Shown piece after piece: positions 21,299 to 30,339 of a stretch of 64,000 nt of DNA; the stretch's first letter is position 1; the number at the start of each line of letters is the position of its first letter. The position numbers and the translations under genes are program-made. The notes under the pieces are model-generated. The model was not told the origin of the DNA, did not search any database, and worked only from the letters and a program-made list of their open reading frames with translations. This stretch comes from Bacteroidales bacterium (GTDB taxonomy: Bacteria; Bacteroidota; Bacteroidia; Bacteroidales; TTA-H9): assembly GCA_035411425.1 (NCBI GenBank), contig DAONSX010000001.1, positions 133,150 through 197,149 of the forward strand. Reading direction: 5' to 3'.

Positions 21299-23020
21299 TT
21301 GCAGGCTGATTTCTCAAAGCCGTTTCATTCGATGGTTATAAATATATTGTCTATCATCGGAGCCTTATGCTTGTTTCTATTCGGCATGAAGCTGATGAGC
21401 GAAGCTTTGCAGAAGATGGCCGGACAAAACCTGAGGAATTTTATTTCGGGTTTGGCTCAGAATCCCGTAAAGGGTGTGCTGTCTGGTCTGGTAATCACCG
21501 CAGCACTCCAATCCTCATCAGCTACTACGGTAATGATTATAGGATTATGTACAGCAAATCTTTTGACTTTCCCTCAGGCATTTTCCCTTATCATGGGAGC
21601 AAATATCGGCACTACCCTCAAAGCTTGGATTATTGCATTCATTGGCTATAATTTCGACCTTTCTCAATTTGCTCTACCTATCATTGCCTTATGTTTCATT
21701 CTACTATTTTCGAAAAAAGCTACCATTAGGGCCTTAGGAGAATTCTTCATGGGTTTTGCCCTTTTGTTTATGGGAATGAATTTTTTAATGATGCAAAGCC
21801 AAAGCCTAACTACTCATCCTGAATGGATTGGTTGGATACAATCTCACAATCATCGGGGATTTAGCTCTATTCTTTTTTTTGTGACCATGGGTTTTGTATT
21901 GACTGCTGTTTTGCAATCTTCATCGGCTATGCTGGTGTTTACTTTTGCCCTGTGTGCTTCGGGAATCGTTGGTTATGAAAATGCTGCAGCTATGGTAATT
22001 GGCGAGAATGTAGGAACTACCATAACGGCTAATGCGGCGGCAATTGTGGGAAATTACAAGGCCAGACGTGCAGCACTTTCACATTTTTTGTTCAATGTTT
22101 CATTGATGATTTTAGCCCTTGCTTTTTTCCCTTTTATCATCCAAATGATGACAAGTTTTACAAAAGGACTTACCGGACAGAATCCGTCCTCTGATTCTCA
22201 GTCCATTCCATTTGCTCTCTCAGCCTTCCATACGTTTTTGAACCTCATTACTACGGCAATCTGGATCAATTTCATTCCTCAAATGTCGGCTATAGTAAAT
22301 ACTATTATTCCAGTAAAATATTCCACCCCATATCAAATAAGATATTTCAATCCTTTCTTTATTTCGACTTCTGAGTTCAATCTTTTACACTTAAAGCATG
22401 AAATAGCTGTCTTAAGTTCTGAAGTAATAGAGCTTTTTCGCTTCGTAATCTCTTCGGTCGTCCCCGGAGATACTTCGAATCTGATTCAGCAAAATGAAGA
22501 TGCTGAGCGTCTTTATCAGAAAATTCAATTCCACCACACTGAAATTTTAAATTACATCCAAACCATTTCTTTCGATGAAATGAGTGCTGATGGACAGGTG
22601 CGTTACCGAACCATGCTCCTTACACTGGAAAATTTTCAGGTAATTGTAAAAGTCAACCAAAAATTGCTGCAAACGATACAGGAAAAATCGAAAGAAAAGA
22701 TATGGTTCTCACCCAAACAACACAGAGACCTCATGGGCTTGTTAGATGAAGTAGATTCGGCCTTCCAATTGCTTGTCAATAACCTCAATGGAGAATATCA
22801 TAAGGTAAATATTGCCGAATCTCAACTTATTGAAGAAAAAATCAATAAAATGAGAGATAAAATCAAGGAAAAACTCCCAAGAAAAATTGAACAGGGAAAG
22901 ATTAATCCTCTCTCGGTCGATTATTATAAATCTCTGGTCGATGCGGCCGAAAACTTAGGGGACCTTATGATGGAGATCAATCGGAAGTTGGCCGAATGTG
23001 GGAAGAAAACAATGCCATAA
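21299..23020 (+). CDS. Na/Pi cotransporter family protein with PhoU-like C-terminal domain
   Basis: Two transporter repeats (ALQSSSATTVMIIGL and VLQSSSAMLVFTFAL). The listed start is TTG 21299, and the ATG at 21332 (MVINILSII...) is an equally plausible start. Confidence 0.85.
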   Translation: MQADFSKPFHSMVINILSIIGALCLFLFGMKLMSEALQKMAGQNLRNFISGLAQNPVKGVLSGLVITAALQSSSATTVMIIGLCTANLLTFPQAFSLIMGANIGTTLKAWIIAFIGYNFDLSQFALPIIALCFILLFSKKATIRALGEFFMGFALLFMGMNFLMMQSQSLTTHPEWIGWIQSHNHRGFSSILFFVTMGFVLTAVLQSSSAMLVFTFALCASGIVGYENAAAMVIGENVGTTITANAAAIVGNYKARRAALSHFLFNVSLMILALAFFPFIIQMMTSFTKGLTGQNPSSDSQSIPFALSAFHTFLNLITTAIWINFIPQMSAIVNTIIPVKYSTPYQIRYFNPFFISTSEFNLLHLKHEIAVLSSEVIELFRFVISSVVPGDTSNLIQQNEDAERLYQKIQFHHTEILNYIQTISFDEMSADGQVRYRTMLLTLENFQVIVKVNQKLLQTIQEKSKEKIWFSPKQHRDLMGLLDEVDSAFQLLVNNLNGEYHKVNIAESQLIEEKINKMRDKIKEKLPRKIEQGKINPLSVDYYKSLVDAAENLGDLMMEINRKLAECGKKTMP

Positions 23021-23033
23021 GACCTATTTTCAT

Positions 23034-23041
23034 AATTTTGT
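23034..23041 (+). promoter_or_regulatory. -7 promoter box TAATTTTG upstream of argS
   Basis: Matches TAnnTTTG, 19 nt upstream of the ATG at 23060. Confidence 0.5.
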
Positions 23042-23059
23042 CGCTCCAAGCTTTTATAC

Positions 23060-24838
23060 ATGTTTGCTCAACTTCTTGCTCAACAAACGGGCTATGCTAT
23101 CGAAGCCCTATATCACCACATCGTTCAACCCAACCAAGTCCCCGTGAATAAAACAAAAAAAGAATTCACAGGAGATTTTACTATTATAACTTTCCCTTTT
23201 GCAAAAATCTCGAAAAAATCTCCCGAACTTACTGCTCGTGAAATCGGTGAATGGCTTAAAAATGCTCTTCCCGAAATCGAAAGTTTCAACGTAATAAAAG
23301 GTTATCTCAATATTATTCTGAAAGATGATTTCTGGATGGAATTTCTCGATAAGAATTATCGAAATCACAGTTTTGGTTTAAATCCTCAAAAACAAGGGCA
23401 GGCACCAGTATTGATCGAATTCTCATCGCCCAATACCAATAAACCTCTTCATCTTGGTCATATTCGGAACAATCTTTTGGGGCATTCGGTTGCCGAAATC
23501 CTCGAAGCTACGGGTTTGCCCGTAGTAAGAGTAAACCTGGTAAACGATCGCGGCATTCACGTATGCAAATCCATGCTGGCATGGAAAAAATGGAGTAATG
23601 GTGAAACTCCTGAATCCAGTGGCCTTAAAGGCGATCACCTGGTAGGTAATTATTATGTTCTTTTCGAGAAAAAATATAAAGAAGAAGTTAATCAGCTGAA
23701 GGCAAACGGTTTGGACGAAGAAACGGCACTTCGCACGGCTCCATTAATGCTCGAAGCACAGGAAATGCTAAGAAAATGGGAAGCGGGAGATGCCGAAACG
23801 CATTCACTTTGGGAAATGATGAACTCTTGGGTGTATGAGGGCTTCAATGAAACATATAAACGCCTGGGCATTTCATTCGATAAAATTTATTATGAATCGG
23901 AAACCTATTCTTTGGGAAAGAAAATTGTGGAAGAAGGATTTAAAGCAGGCGTTTTTTACCAAAAAGAAGATGGCTCGGTTTGGGTCGATTTAACTTCAGA
24001 TAATTTAGACCATAAACTGCTCCTTCGCTCCGATGGTACTTCGGTTTACATTACTCAAGACCTCGGCTGTGCTGAATTACGATATCAGGAATTCTCACCA
24101 CAAAAAATGATTTATGTGGTTGGGAATGAGCAAAATTACCACTTCGAAGTTCTAAAACTCATCCTACAGCGTTTGGGCCGAACTTATGCCGACAAAATCT
24201 TCCATCTTTCTTATGGAATGGTAGATTTGCCTGAGGGAAAAATGAAATCTCGCGAAGGAACAGTGGTGGATGCCGACGATTTGATAGAGGAAATAATTTT
24301 GACTGCCCGGGAAATTACCCTCGAACTTGGAAAAGCAACCGACCTTGACGAATATGAGGCTCATGAACTCTTCAGCATGATTGGTCTGGCTGCACTGAAA
24401 TATTTTATTCTGAAGGTCGATCCTCGGAAGAATATCTTGTTCAATCCCACCGAATCGATCGATTTTGATGGGAATACCGGACCTTTTATCCAATATACTC
24501 ATGCCCGCATCCGCTCGGTACTCCGAAAAGCCAATCCGTGGAGCTTTACTCCCCAAAAGAATATGACATTCTATGAAGAAGAAAAAGAAATCTTGAAGAT
24601 TTTATATGATTTCCCTTCAGTAATCAAGCAATCGGCCAAAGAACTCGATCCCTCTCAAATAGCCAATTTTGCCTACGAACTAGCACGAAGTTACAATCAA
24701 TTCTATCATAATTTGAGCATATTGCACGAACCCGATGAACAACGCATGCTTACCCGTCTTGCTATTTCACAATTTACTGCCCAGGTTATTCGCATTAGCA
24801 TGCATCTTCTGGGAATAGACGTCCCCGAACGAATGTAA
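23060..24838 (+). CDS. argS: arginine--tRNA ligase
   Basis: HIGH-type motif NKPLHLGHIRN, KMSKS-equivalent GKMKSREGT and a C-terminal anticodon-binding domain ending in VPERM. Confidence 0.95.
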   Translation: MFAQLLAQQTGYAIEALYHHIVQPNQVPVNKTKKEFTGDFTIITFPFAKISKKSPELTAREIGEWLKNALPEIESFNVIKGYLNIILKDDFWMEFLDKNYRNHSFGLNPQKQGQAPVLIEFSSPNTNKPLHLGHIRNNLLGHSVAEILEATGLPVVRVNLVNDRGIHVCKSMLAWKKWSNGETPESSGLKGDHLVGNYYVLFEKKYKEEVNQLKANGLDEETALRTAPLMLEAQEMLRKWEAGDAETHSLWEMMNSWVYEGFNETYKRLGISFDKIYYESETYSLGKKIVEEGFKAGVFYQKEDGSVWVDLTSDNLDHKLLLRSDGTSVYITQDLGCAELRYQEFSPQKMIYVVGNEQNYHFEVLKLILQRLGRTYADKIFHLSYGMVDLPEGKMKSREGTVVDADDLIEEIILTAREITLELGKATDLDEYEAHELFSMIGLAALKYFILKVDPRKNILFNPTESIDFDGNTGPFIQYTHARIRSVLRKANPWSFTPQKNMTFYEEEKEILKILYDFPSVIKQSAKELDPSQIANFAYELARSYNQFYHNLSILHEPDEQRMLTRLAISQFTAQVIRISMHLLGIDVPERM

Positions 24839-24864
24839 TTCATCGAATAATTAGCTCCTGATAA

Positions 24865-26316
24865 TTATCTCTTACCCCCAGAATAATCTGGCTCGTAAGC
24901 TCCAAGAGCTGGCCTCTGCATATCTCGCTGGCGACCTAAAATATCCTGCAGAACTCCTGCGGATTTACCTGCGTGAAGTACAGGCGATAAGCTGTCGGGT
25001 TCGAGTTTGGGCTTTTCTATATCTACAAATAATGGGTCGATATTGATGAGACATGAAGGAAATATACTCTCGTCCGTTGTGTTGAGACTGGTTTTGAGTA
25101 AACAATGATCGAAAATATAGGGGAAGCCAGTTCCCTGCTCACCCTGATCGATCGAGATCTCTTCGTACTGATTTCCAAAAATGATACTATTCGTGAAATT
25201 GAAGCTTGTGGGTTCGATATTTATCTGATTTTCACCATCCATGTAATAATTTGTCAACAATAGGGAAGGAGACATGCGTATGCCCGAAGTCCAGAAATTT
25301 CCAATTGATAAATGAATGAATTCGTGAATGCCACCTTCGAGTTGAAGTGCATACGAACCACAATTTACGATGACGCAGTTCACTGAATATAGATTACAAC
25401 CCGTGCTTCTTAATCCACCTTTCTTCATGTTCCTGATAAGGGTTTCTGTGATTTCGAATCGAGCCCTTCGATTGTTGTTTCTTTGCTCGATCATAAGTCC
25501 TGTTGTACCATTTAGAATCTCAGCGTAATGTATATAACTTTCAGGACTTCCGTCGGCAAAATAAATCCCTTCCCATTGACCGGGCAAATCCTTGTAAAAT
25601 TGATCGAGTCTGTCGTTTCTAAAAATTACTTTATTTTCGGCTTCACCATTTACCTTTAGGCTAGCTTCTTTTTTTACGAGTAAACCGGCTCCATGATGAA
25701 AATAAACCCTCGTCCCGCCTTCCATCACAAGGGTAGAAGCCGAATCCACTATAGCCCATCCATAGATCAGATGCGGTTTGTCGCTAGTCCACGTTTGAGA
25801 ACATTCTATGATAGAATAAGGTGGTAGATCGGCCGGAAAATGATCTGGAGTGTGATAATAAGCATTTTGTCCATAAGCTATAAGTTTGATGTTTTGATAG
25901 TTGCCATTGGTTAGAAATTCAATCGAATCGCTTACTAGAAAGGGAGAATTTTTATCGTTTGGATTAATCCGAACACGAACAAAAATAAAAAGGCTATCAT
26001 CTTTGTCGAGTTCCACGTCATTTTTTATCCAGGTATTTTGTCCATCTATGTTTAAACGATAAGCCGATTGTTCTCCACCTGCAAGCCGTAGATAACTGAT
26101 CTTTATTTTTTTATTATTCTTATTGTATATTCTAAGTTCTTGAGTTACAGAACCAATGGTAGTAAAAACCGTATCGAAAACAACCGAATCGTTCGAAAAA
26201 GTCAATTGATAGGAGGAGTCTGTCGAGGGTTCGTCTTTTGTGCACGAAAAAAAAGAAAAGACCAAAAAAATGACTAAAACAGATGGAAAAAATAATGAAT
26301 ACCGACTGAATTTCAT
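24865..26316 (-). CDS. hypothetical lipoprotein (beta-rich, possibly beta-helix)
   Basis: Signal peptide plus lipobox (LVFSFFSC). I recognise no catalytic motif. A minus-strand -7 box (plus-strand CAAATTTA, 26358-26365) lies 42 nt upstream. Confidence 0.6.
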   Translation of the reverse strand: MKFSRYSLFFPSVLVIFLVFSFFSCTKDEPSTDSSYQLTFSNDSVVFDTVFTTIGSVTQELRIYNKNNKKIKISYLRLAGGEQSAYRLNIDGQNTWIKNDVELDKDDSLFIFVRVRINPNDKNSPFLVSDSIEFLTNGNYQNIKLIAYGQNAYYHTPDHFPADLPPYSIIECSQTWTSDKPHLIYGWAIVDSASTLVMEGGTRVYFHHGAGLLVKKEASLKVNGEAENKVIFRNDRLDQFYKDLPGQWEGIYFADGSPESYIHYAEILNGTTGLMIEQRNNNRRARFEITETLIRNMKKGGLRSTGCNLYSVNCVIVNCGSYALQLEGGIHEFIHLSIGNFWTSGIRMSPSLLLTNYYMDGENQINIEPTSFNFTNSIIFGNQYEEISIDQGEQGTGFPYIFDHCLLKTSLNTTDESIFPSCLINIDPLFVDIEKPKLEPDSLSPVLHAGKSAGVLQDILGRQRDMQRPALGAYEPDYSGGKR

Positions 26317-26493
26317 TCTTCTTATCGAATTTAATAATGTTGATCACTAAAAACGGGCAAATTTACAAATATTGCAAAGGTCATTCCTTCTCATTTTTCA
26401 ATATCTCATTGCCAATCTTGGGCAAAATAAATCGTCTAAAATCAAAAAACCGCTCTTTACGAACTTTAATCCATTTAGTTTGTTAAAAATATC

Positions 26494-26501
26494 TAATTTT
26501 G
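26494..26501 (+). promoter_or_regulatory. -7 promoter box TAATTTTG upstream of rpsA
   Basis: Matches TAnnTTTG and implies a leader of roughly 90 nt before the ATG at 26601. Confidence 0.55.
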
Positions 26502-26600
26502 CAGCTTCTTTCCGGATGAAGTTTAAAAATTATGTCTAACCAGGTTATACGGGTTTATCCATCCGGAGGGTAACACCGGTTTAACCACAATTAAAATTGA

Positions 26601-28895
26601 ATGTCAGATTTTGAAGAAAATGCCGAAATTGGCATGCAACCAACCGAGGAAACTACTCCTGAGGAAGAAACTCCAGTAACAGTCGAACCCGAGCAAAAAA
26701 ATTTCCCTGAAAACATTGTGGAGTCTAAAGTATCTGTGATAAAACCCTCAAGAATGGAAAAGAAACAGAAGCCTCTCCCAATGGAAGATTTCGACTGGGA
26801 AGACACGGGCAAAAAAGCCCATTATAGCAAAGAAGAACTCAATCGCCTCGAAGAACTTTATGGAAGGACTTTTAACACCGTTGTGGAGCAGGAAGTGGTA
26901 GAAGGAACGATTGTGGCCATGAATCCCCGTGAAGTAGTCGTTAACATTGGTTTTAAATCGGATGGAGTAATTCCTCTATCGGAATTTCGGTACGATCCCG
27001 ACTTGAAGATGGGCGATAAAGTGGAAGTTTATGTCGAAAATCAGGAAGACAGTACGGGGCAGCTCATTCTTTCGCATAAGAAGGCCAGGCTTTTACGCGC
27101 ATGGGAACGTGTCAACCAGGCTTACGATAATCAGGAAATCATTAAAGGGTATGTAAAATGCCGCACCAAGGGAGGCCTAATCGTTGATGTATTTGGAATC
27201 GAGGCCTTTTTGCCCGGATCTCAGATCGATGTAAAACCCATACGCGATTATGATGTTTTCGTGGATAAGGTGATGGAGTTCAAAGTGGTAAAAATCAATC
27301 AGGAATATAAGAATGTCGTCGTTTCTCACAAAGCCCTCATCGAAGATGAACTCGAAGCTCAAAAAGCCGAAATTATTGCCAAACTCGAAAAAGGTCAGAT
27401 CCTCGAAGGGACAGTTAAAAATATTACCACTTATGGCGTCTTTGTTGACTTGGGCGGAGTAGATGGCCTCATCCATATTACCGACCTTTCATGGGGAAGA
27501 ATTAATCATCCCGAAGAAGTAGTTCAACTCGATCAAAAAATAAAAGTGGTTATTCTCGATTTCGACGACAACAAGAAAAGAATCGCCCTTGGATTGAAAC
27601 AACTTACACCTCACCCGTGGGATTCTTTGGATCCAAACCTGAAAGTAGGCGATAAGGTAAAAGGCAAGGTAGTTGTAATTGCAGATTATGGTGCATTTAT
27701 CGAAATCGCTCCCGGAGTCGAGGGTTTAATTCATGTATCGGAAATGTCGTGGTCGCAGCATTTACGCACTGCCCATGATTTCATGAAAGTTGGAGATGAA
27801 GTAGAAGCCGTTATTTTAAGCCTCGATCGCGAACAGCGCAAAATGTCATTAGGCATTAAACAGCTTATTCCCGATCCCTGGATCAACATTAAGGAAAAAT
27901 ATCCTATCAATTCGAGGCATATTGCCAATGTTCGCAATTTTACCAATTTCGGCATCTTTGTCGAACTCGAAGAAGGTGTAGACGGTTTGATCCACATCAG
28001 CGATCTTTCATGGTCGAAAAAAATAAAACACCCGGCCGAGTTTACCAAAATTGGCGAACAAATCGAAGTGGTAGTCTTAGACGTAGATGTTGAATCACGT
28101 AGGCTTAGCCTTGGGCATAAACAGCTCGAAGAAAATCCATGGGATGTATTCGAAACCATTTTCATCCCAGGCTCCATTCATAAAGGAACCATCATCGAAA
28201 AAGTTGACAAAGGATATGAGGTTTCTTTGCCTTATGGAGTTGAAGCTTACCTGCCTTCACGTCAGGCCATTAAAGAAAATAACGAAGAAGCCCAACTGGA
28301 TGAAACCCTCGATGTAAAAGTTACCGAGTTTTCGAAGGATAATAAACGAATTGTAGTTTCACACAGCAAGGTTTATCAGGATGCTCAGGCAGCCGAAAAA
28401 GCCAAAGAAGCAAAAGAAACCGAAAAGCCAGCTAAAACCCCTAAGAGCACCAAGGCTTCTTTGAAGAAAATTCAAGAAACCCTCGAAAAAAGTACTTTGG
28501 GTGATATAGAAGCCCTCGCCAACCTTAAAGAAGAAATGCTGGAAGTTGAAAAAGCAAAACTCGAAAACTTATCCAAACGAAAAAAATCACCTAAATCGAA
28601 AAAAACAGAAAAGGTTAAAACTTCTGAACTCACCCCAGAACCGGAACTCTCTCATGACACAGAAGAACATGCTGTCCCTCCATCCTCAGATGAAACACCC
28701 GCTCTGCCTTCTGATGAAATCACTAAAAAATCTTCCGAAGAAACTGTTGCCGAAACAATAGAAGAACTCCAAAAACCTAAGGAAGAAAATGCAGAAGCCA
28801 TAGAACAATCTGCAGGTGAAGATTTGGAACAAACCAGCAATCCAAAAGAAGAGAATACTTCCGAACCCTCTGGAGAGATTTCTGATAAGAATTGA
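26601..28895 (+). CDS. rpsA: 30S ribosomal protein S1 with acidic N-terminal and long K/E/P/S-rich C-terminal extensions
   Basis: Six S1 OB-fold repeats: GTIVAMNPREVVVNIGFKSDGVIP, GYVKCRTKGGLIVDVFGIEAFLPGS, GTVKNITTYGVFVDLGGVDGLIHITD, GKVVVIADYGAFIEIAPGVEGLIHVSE, ANVRNFTNFGIFVELEEGVDGLIHISD and GTIIEKVDKGYEVSLPYGVEAYLP. Confidence 0.95.
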   Translation: MSDFEENAEIGMQPTEETTPEEETPVTVEPEQKNFPENIVESKVSVIKPSRMEKKQKPLPMEDFDWEDTGKKAHYSKEELNRLEELYGRTFNTVVEQEVVEGTIVAMNPREVVVNIGFKSDGVIPLSEFRYDPDLKMGDKVEVYVENQEDSTGQLILSHKKARLLRAWERVNQAYDNQEIIKGYVKCRTKGGLIVDVFGIEAFLPGSQIDVKPIRDYDVFVDKVMEFKVVKINQEYKNVVVSHKALIEDELEAQKAEIIAKLEKGQILEGTVKNITTYGVFVDLGGVDGLIHITDLSWGRINHPEEVVQLDQKIKVVILDFDDNKKRIALGLKQLTPHPWDSLDPNLKVGDKVKGKVVVIADYGAFIEIAPGVEGLIHVSEMSWSQHLRTAHDFMKVGDEVEAVILSLDREQRKMSLGIKQLIPDPWINIKEKYPINSRHIANVRNFTNFGIFVELEEGVDGLIHISDLSWSKKIKHPAEFTKIGEQIEVVVLDVDVESRRLSLGHKQLEENPWDVFETIFIPGSIHKGTIIEKVDKGYEVSLPYGVEAYLPSRQAIKENNEEAQLDETLDVKVTEFSKDNKRIVVSHSKVYQDAQAAEKAKEAKETEKPAKTPKSTKASLKKIQETLEKSTLGDIEALANLKEEMLEVEKAKLENLSKRKKSPKSKKTEKVKTSELTPEPELSHDTEEHAVPPSSDETPALPSDEITKKSSEETVAETIEELQKPKEENAEAIEQSAGEDLEQTSNPKEENTSEPSGEISDKN

Positions 28896-28916
28896 TCGGA
28901 AGAAATACTTTGTATA

Positions 28917-28958
28917 ATTCACCCAAACTTTCTTTTATGTGAGTTTGGGTGAATTTTT
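28917..28958 (+). terminator. Rho-independent terminator after rpsA
   Basis: Perfect 13-bp stem ATTCACCCAAACT / AGTTTGGGTGAAT with a 12-nt loop, followed by TTTTT. Confidence 0.85.
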
Positions 28959-28991
28959 AAATGAAAATTGTTTTTTACGTAAAATTCAAAA

Positions 28992-29906
28992 ATGGGTTTT
29001 TCAATAACTTTCTTGGGAACTGGAGCTGCTACTCCAACGCTTCGAAGAGGATTGAGCGCTACTGTAGCCAATGTTGACGAAAAACTCTGCCTTTTCGATT
29101 GTGGAGAAGCAACTCAAATACAAATGAAACGGTTCAAAGTAAAAGCCTTGCATATCCAACATATTTTTATTTCCCATCTCCACGGCGATCATTTCTTTGG
29201 ATTAGTAGGCCTGCTTTTTACCTATCACATCGGTAAACGCAAAAATGAGCTCCATGTTTATGGACCTCCTCTGCTCGAAGAGATTCTTAGGATTCAAATG
29301 GGAATCAGCGTCAAGGAACTCAATTATCCACTTGTTTTTCATCCCTTAAGTTCACAAAATCTTGAAATGGTTTGTGAAGAAGATAATTTTACCGTTTCTG
29401 CCTTCCCCCTCCAACACCGTTTGCCAGCTTATGGCTTTTTACTCAAGGAAAAAGAACGCCCTCGAAAAGTTTTGCATCAATTTATCGAAGATTATCATCC
29501 GCATTATACAGATATAGTACGTATAAAATCAGGTGAGGACTACGTTTTGCCCGATGGCCGTATCCTCTCCAACGAAGAAATTACTTTTCCCGATCCACCG
29601 ATTTCGTTTGCATACTGCTTCGATACGGCATTTTATGCTCCCATAGCCGAAGTATTGAAAAATGTCGACCTTCTTTATCATGAAGCAACATTTATGCACG
29701 ACAAGGCCGAATTAGCAGCCGAAAAAGGGCATACCACAACCATACAAGCTGCTACTATTGCGAAAAAGGCTTTGGCTAAACGCCTGATGTTGGGACATAT
29801 CTCTTCGAGATATCGCAACCTCGACAGCTTTCTGAACGAAGCTCGAAACATCTTTTCCGAAACCTATCTTGCTGAAGATGGAATGACAATCACTCTTAGA
29901 AAATAA
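28992..29906 (+). CDS. rnz: ribonuclease Z
   Basis: Metallo-beta-lactamase motif ISHLHGDH and N-terminal ITFLGTGAATPT, in the 304-aa short RNase Z class. Confidence 0.9.
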   Translation: MGFSITFLGTGAATPTLRRGLSATVANVDEKLCLFDCGEATQIQMKRFKVKALHIQHIFISHLHGDHFFGLVGLLFTYHIGKRKNELHVYGPPLLEEILRIQMGISVKELNYPLVFHPLSSQNLEMVCEEDNFTVSAFPLQHRLPAYGFLLKEKERPRKVLHQFIEDYHPHYTDIVRIKSGEDYVLPDGRILSNEEITFPDPPISFAYCFDTAFYAPIAEVLKNVDLLYHEATFMHDKAELAAEKGHTTTIQAATIAKKALAKRLMLGHISSRYRNLDSFLNEARNIFSETYLAEDGMTITLRK

Positions 29907-29945
29907 AATTCTTATTGATATATCATATCTTCTTCAAAAATTTTA

Positions 29946-29953
29946 TAATTTTG
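29946..29953 (+). promoter_or_regulatory. -7 promoter box TAATTTTG upstream of tRNA-Arg
   Basis: Matches TAnnTTTG, 18 nt upstream of the tRNA 5' end. Confidence 0.55.
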
Positions 29954-29970
29954 CAAATGCATTATACAAA

Positions 29971-30044
29971 GGCTCCGTAGCTTAACTGAATAGAGCATCT
30001 GACTACGGATCAGAAGGTTGCAGGTTTGAATCCTGCCGGAGTCA
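29971..30044 (+). tRNA. tRNA-Arg (anticodon ACG)
   Basis: GGCTCCGTAGCTTAACTGAATAGAGCATCTGACTACGGATCAGAAGGTTGCAGGTTTGAATCCTGCCGGAGTCA folds as a cloverleaf with anticodon loop CTACGGA and T-loop TTTGAAT. Confidence 0.9.
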
Positions 30045-30049
30045 CAACA

Positions 30050-30079
30050 ACACATCTTTTCCATGAGGTGTGTTTTTTT
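30050..30079 (+). terminator. Rho-independent terminator after tRNA-Arg
   Basis: 7-bp stem ACACATC / GGTGTGT with a 10-nt loop, followed by a run of seven T. Confidence 0.75.
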
Positions 30080-30339
30080 GTTTCCTGAGTTTTCTTTTTT
30101 AGCCTCAATCAATTGAATTTAAACATTCAACCAATGGATCGTGGGTAGGAAATTCAGCAGAAGAGAAGATAAAAAATTCAGGAATTCTTGAATTTACTAT
30201 CCATCAATAAATCAACCAAATGATGAAAACATTCCGAAAGCCAAAGTTAAAATGGAAGATACATGGAACATTGAATGCCGATTCATTTTAAATTTGCCGC
30301 AACTAATTCATAAAATTATCAACCACTAAACATTAAAGG

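Noticed and set aside
29324-29331. DnaA-box-like TTATCCAC.
   Set aside because: It is a single copy inside the rnz coding sequence. There is no cluster of boxes or AT-rich unwinding element, so it is not an origin.
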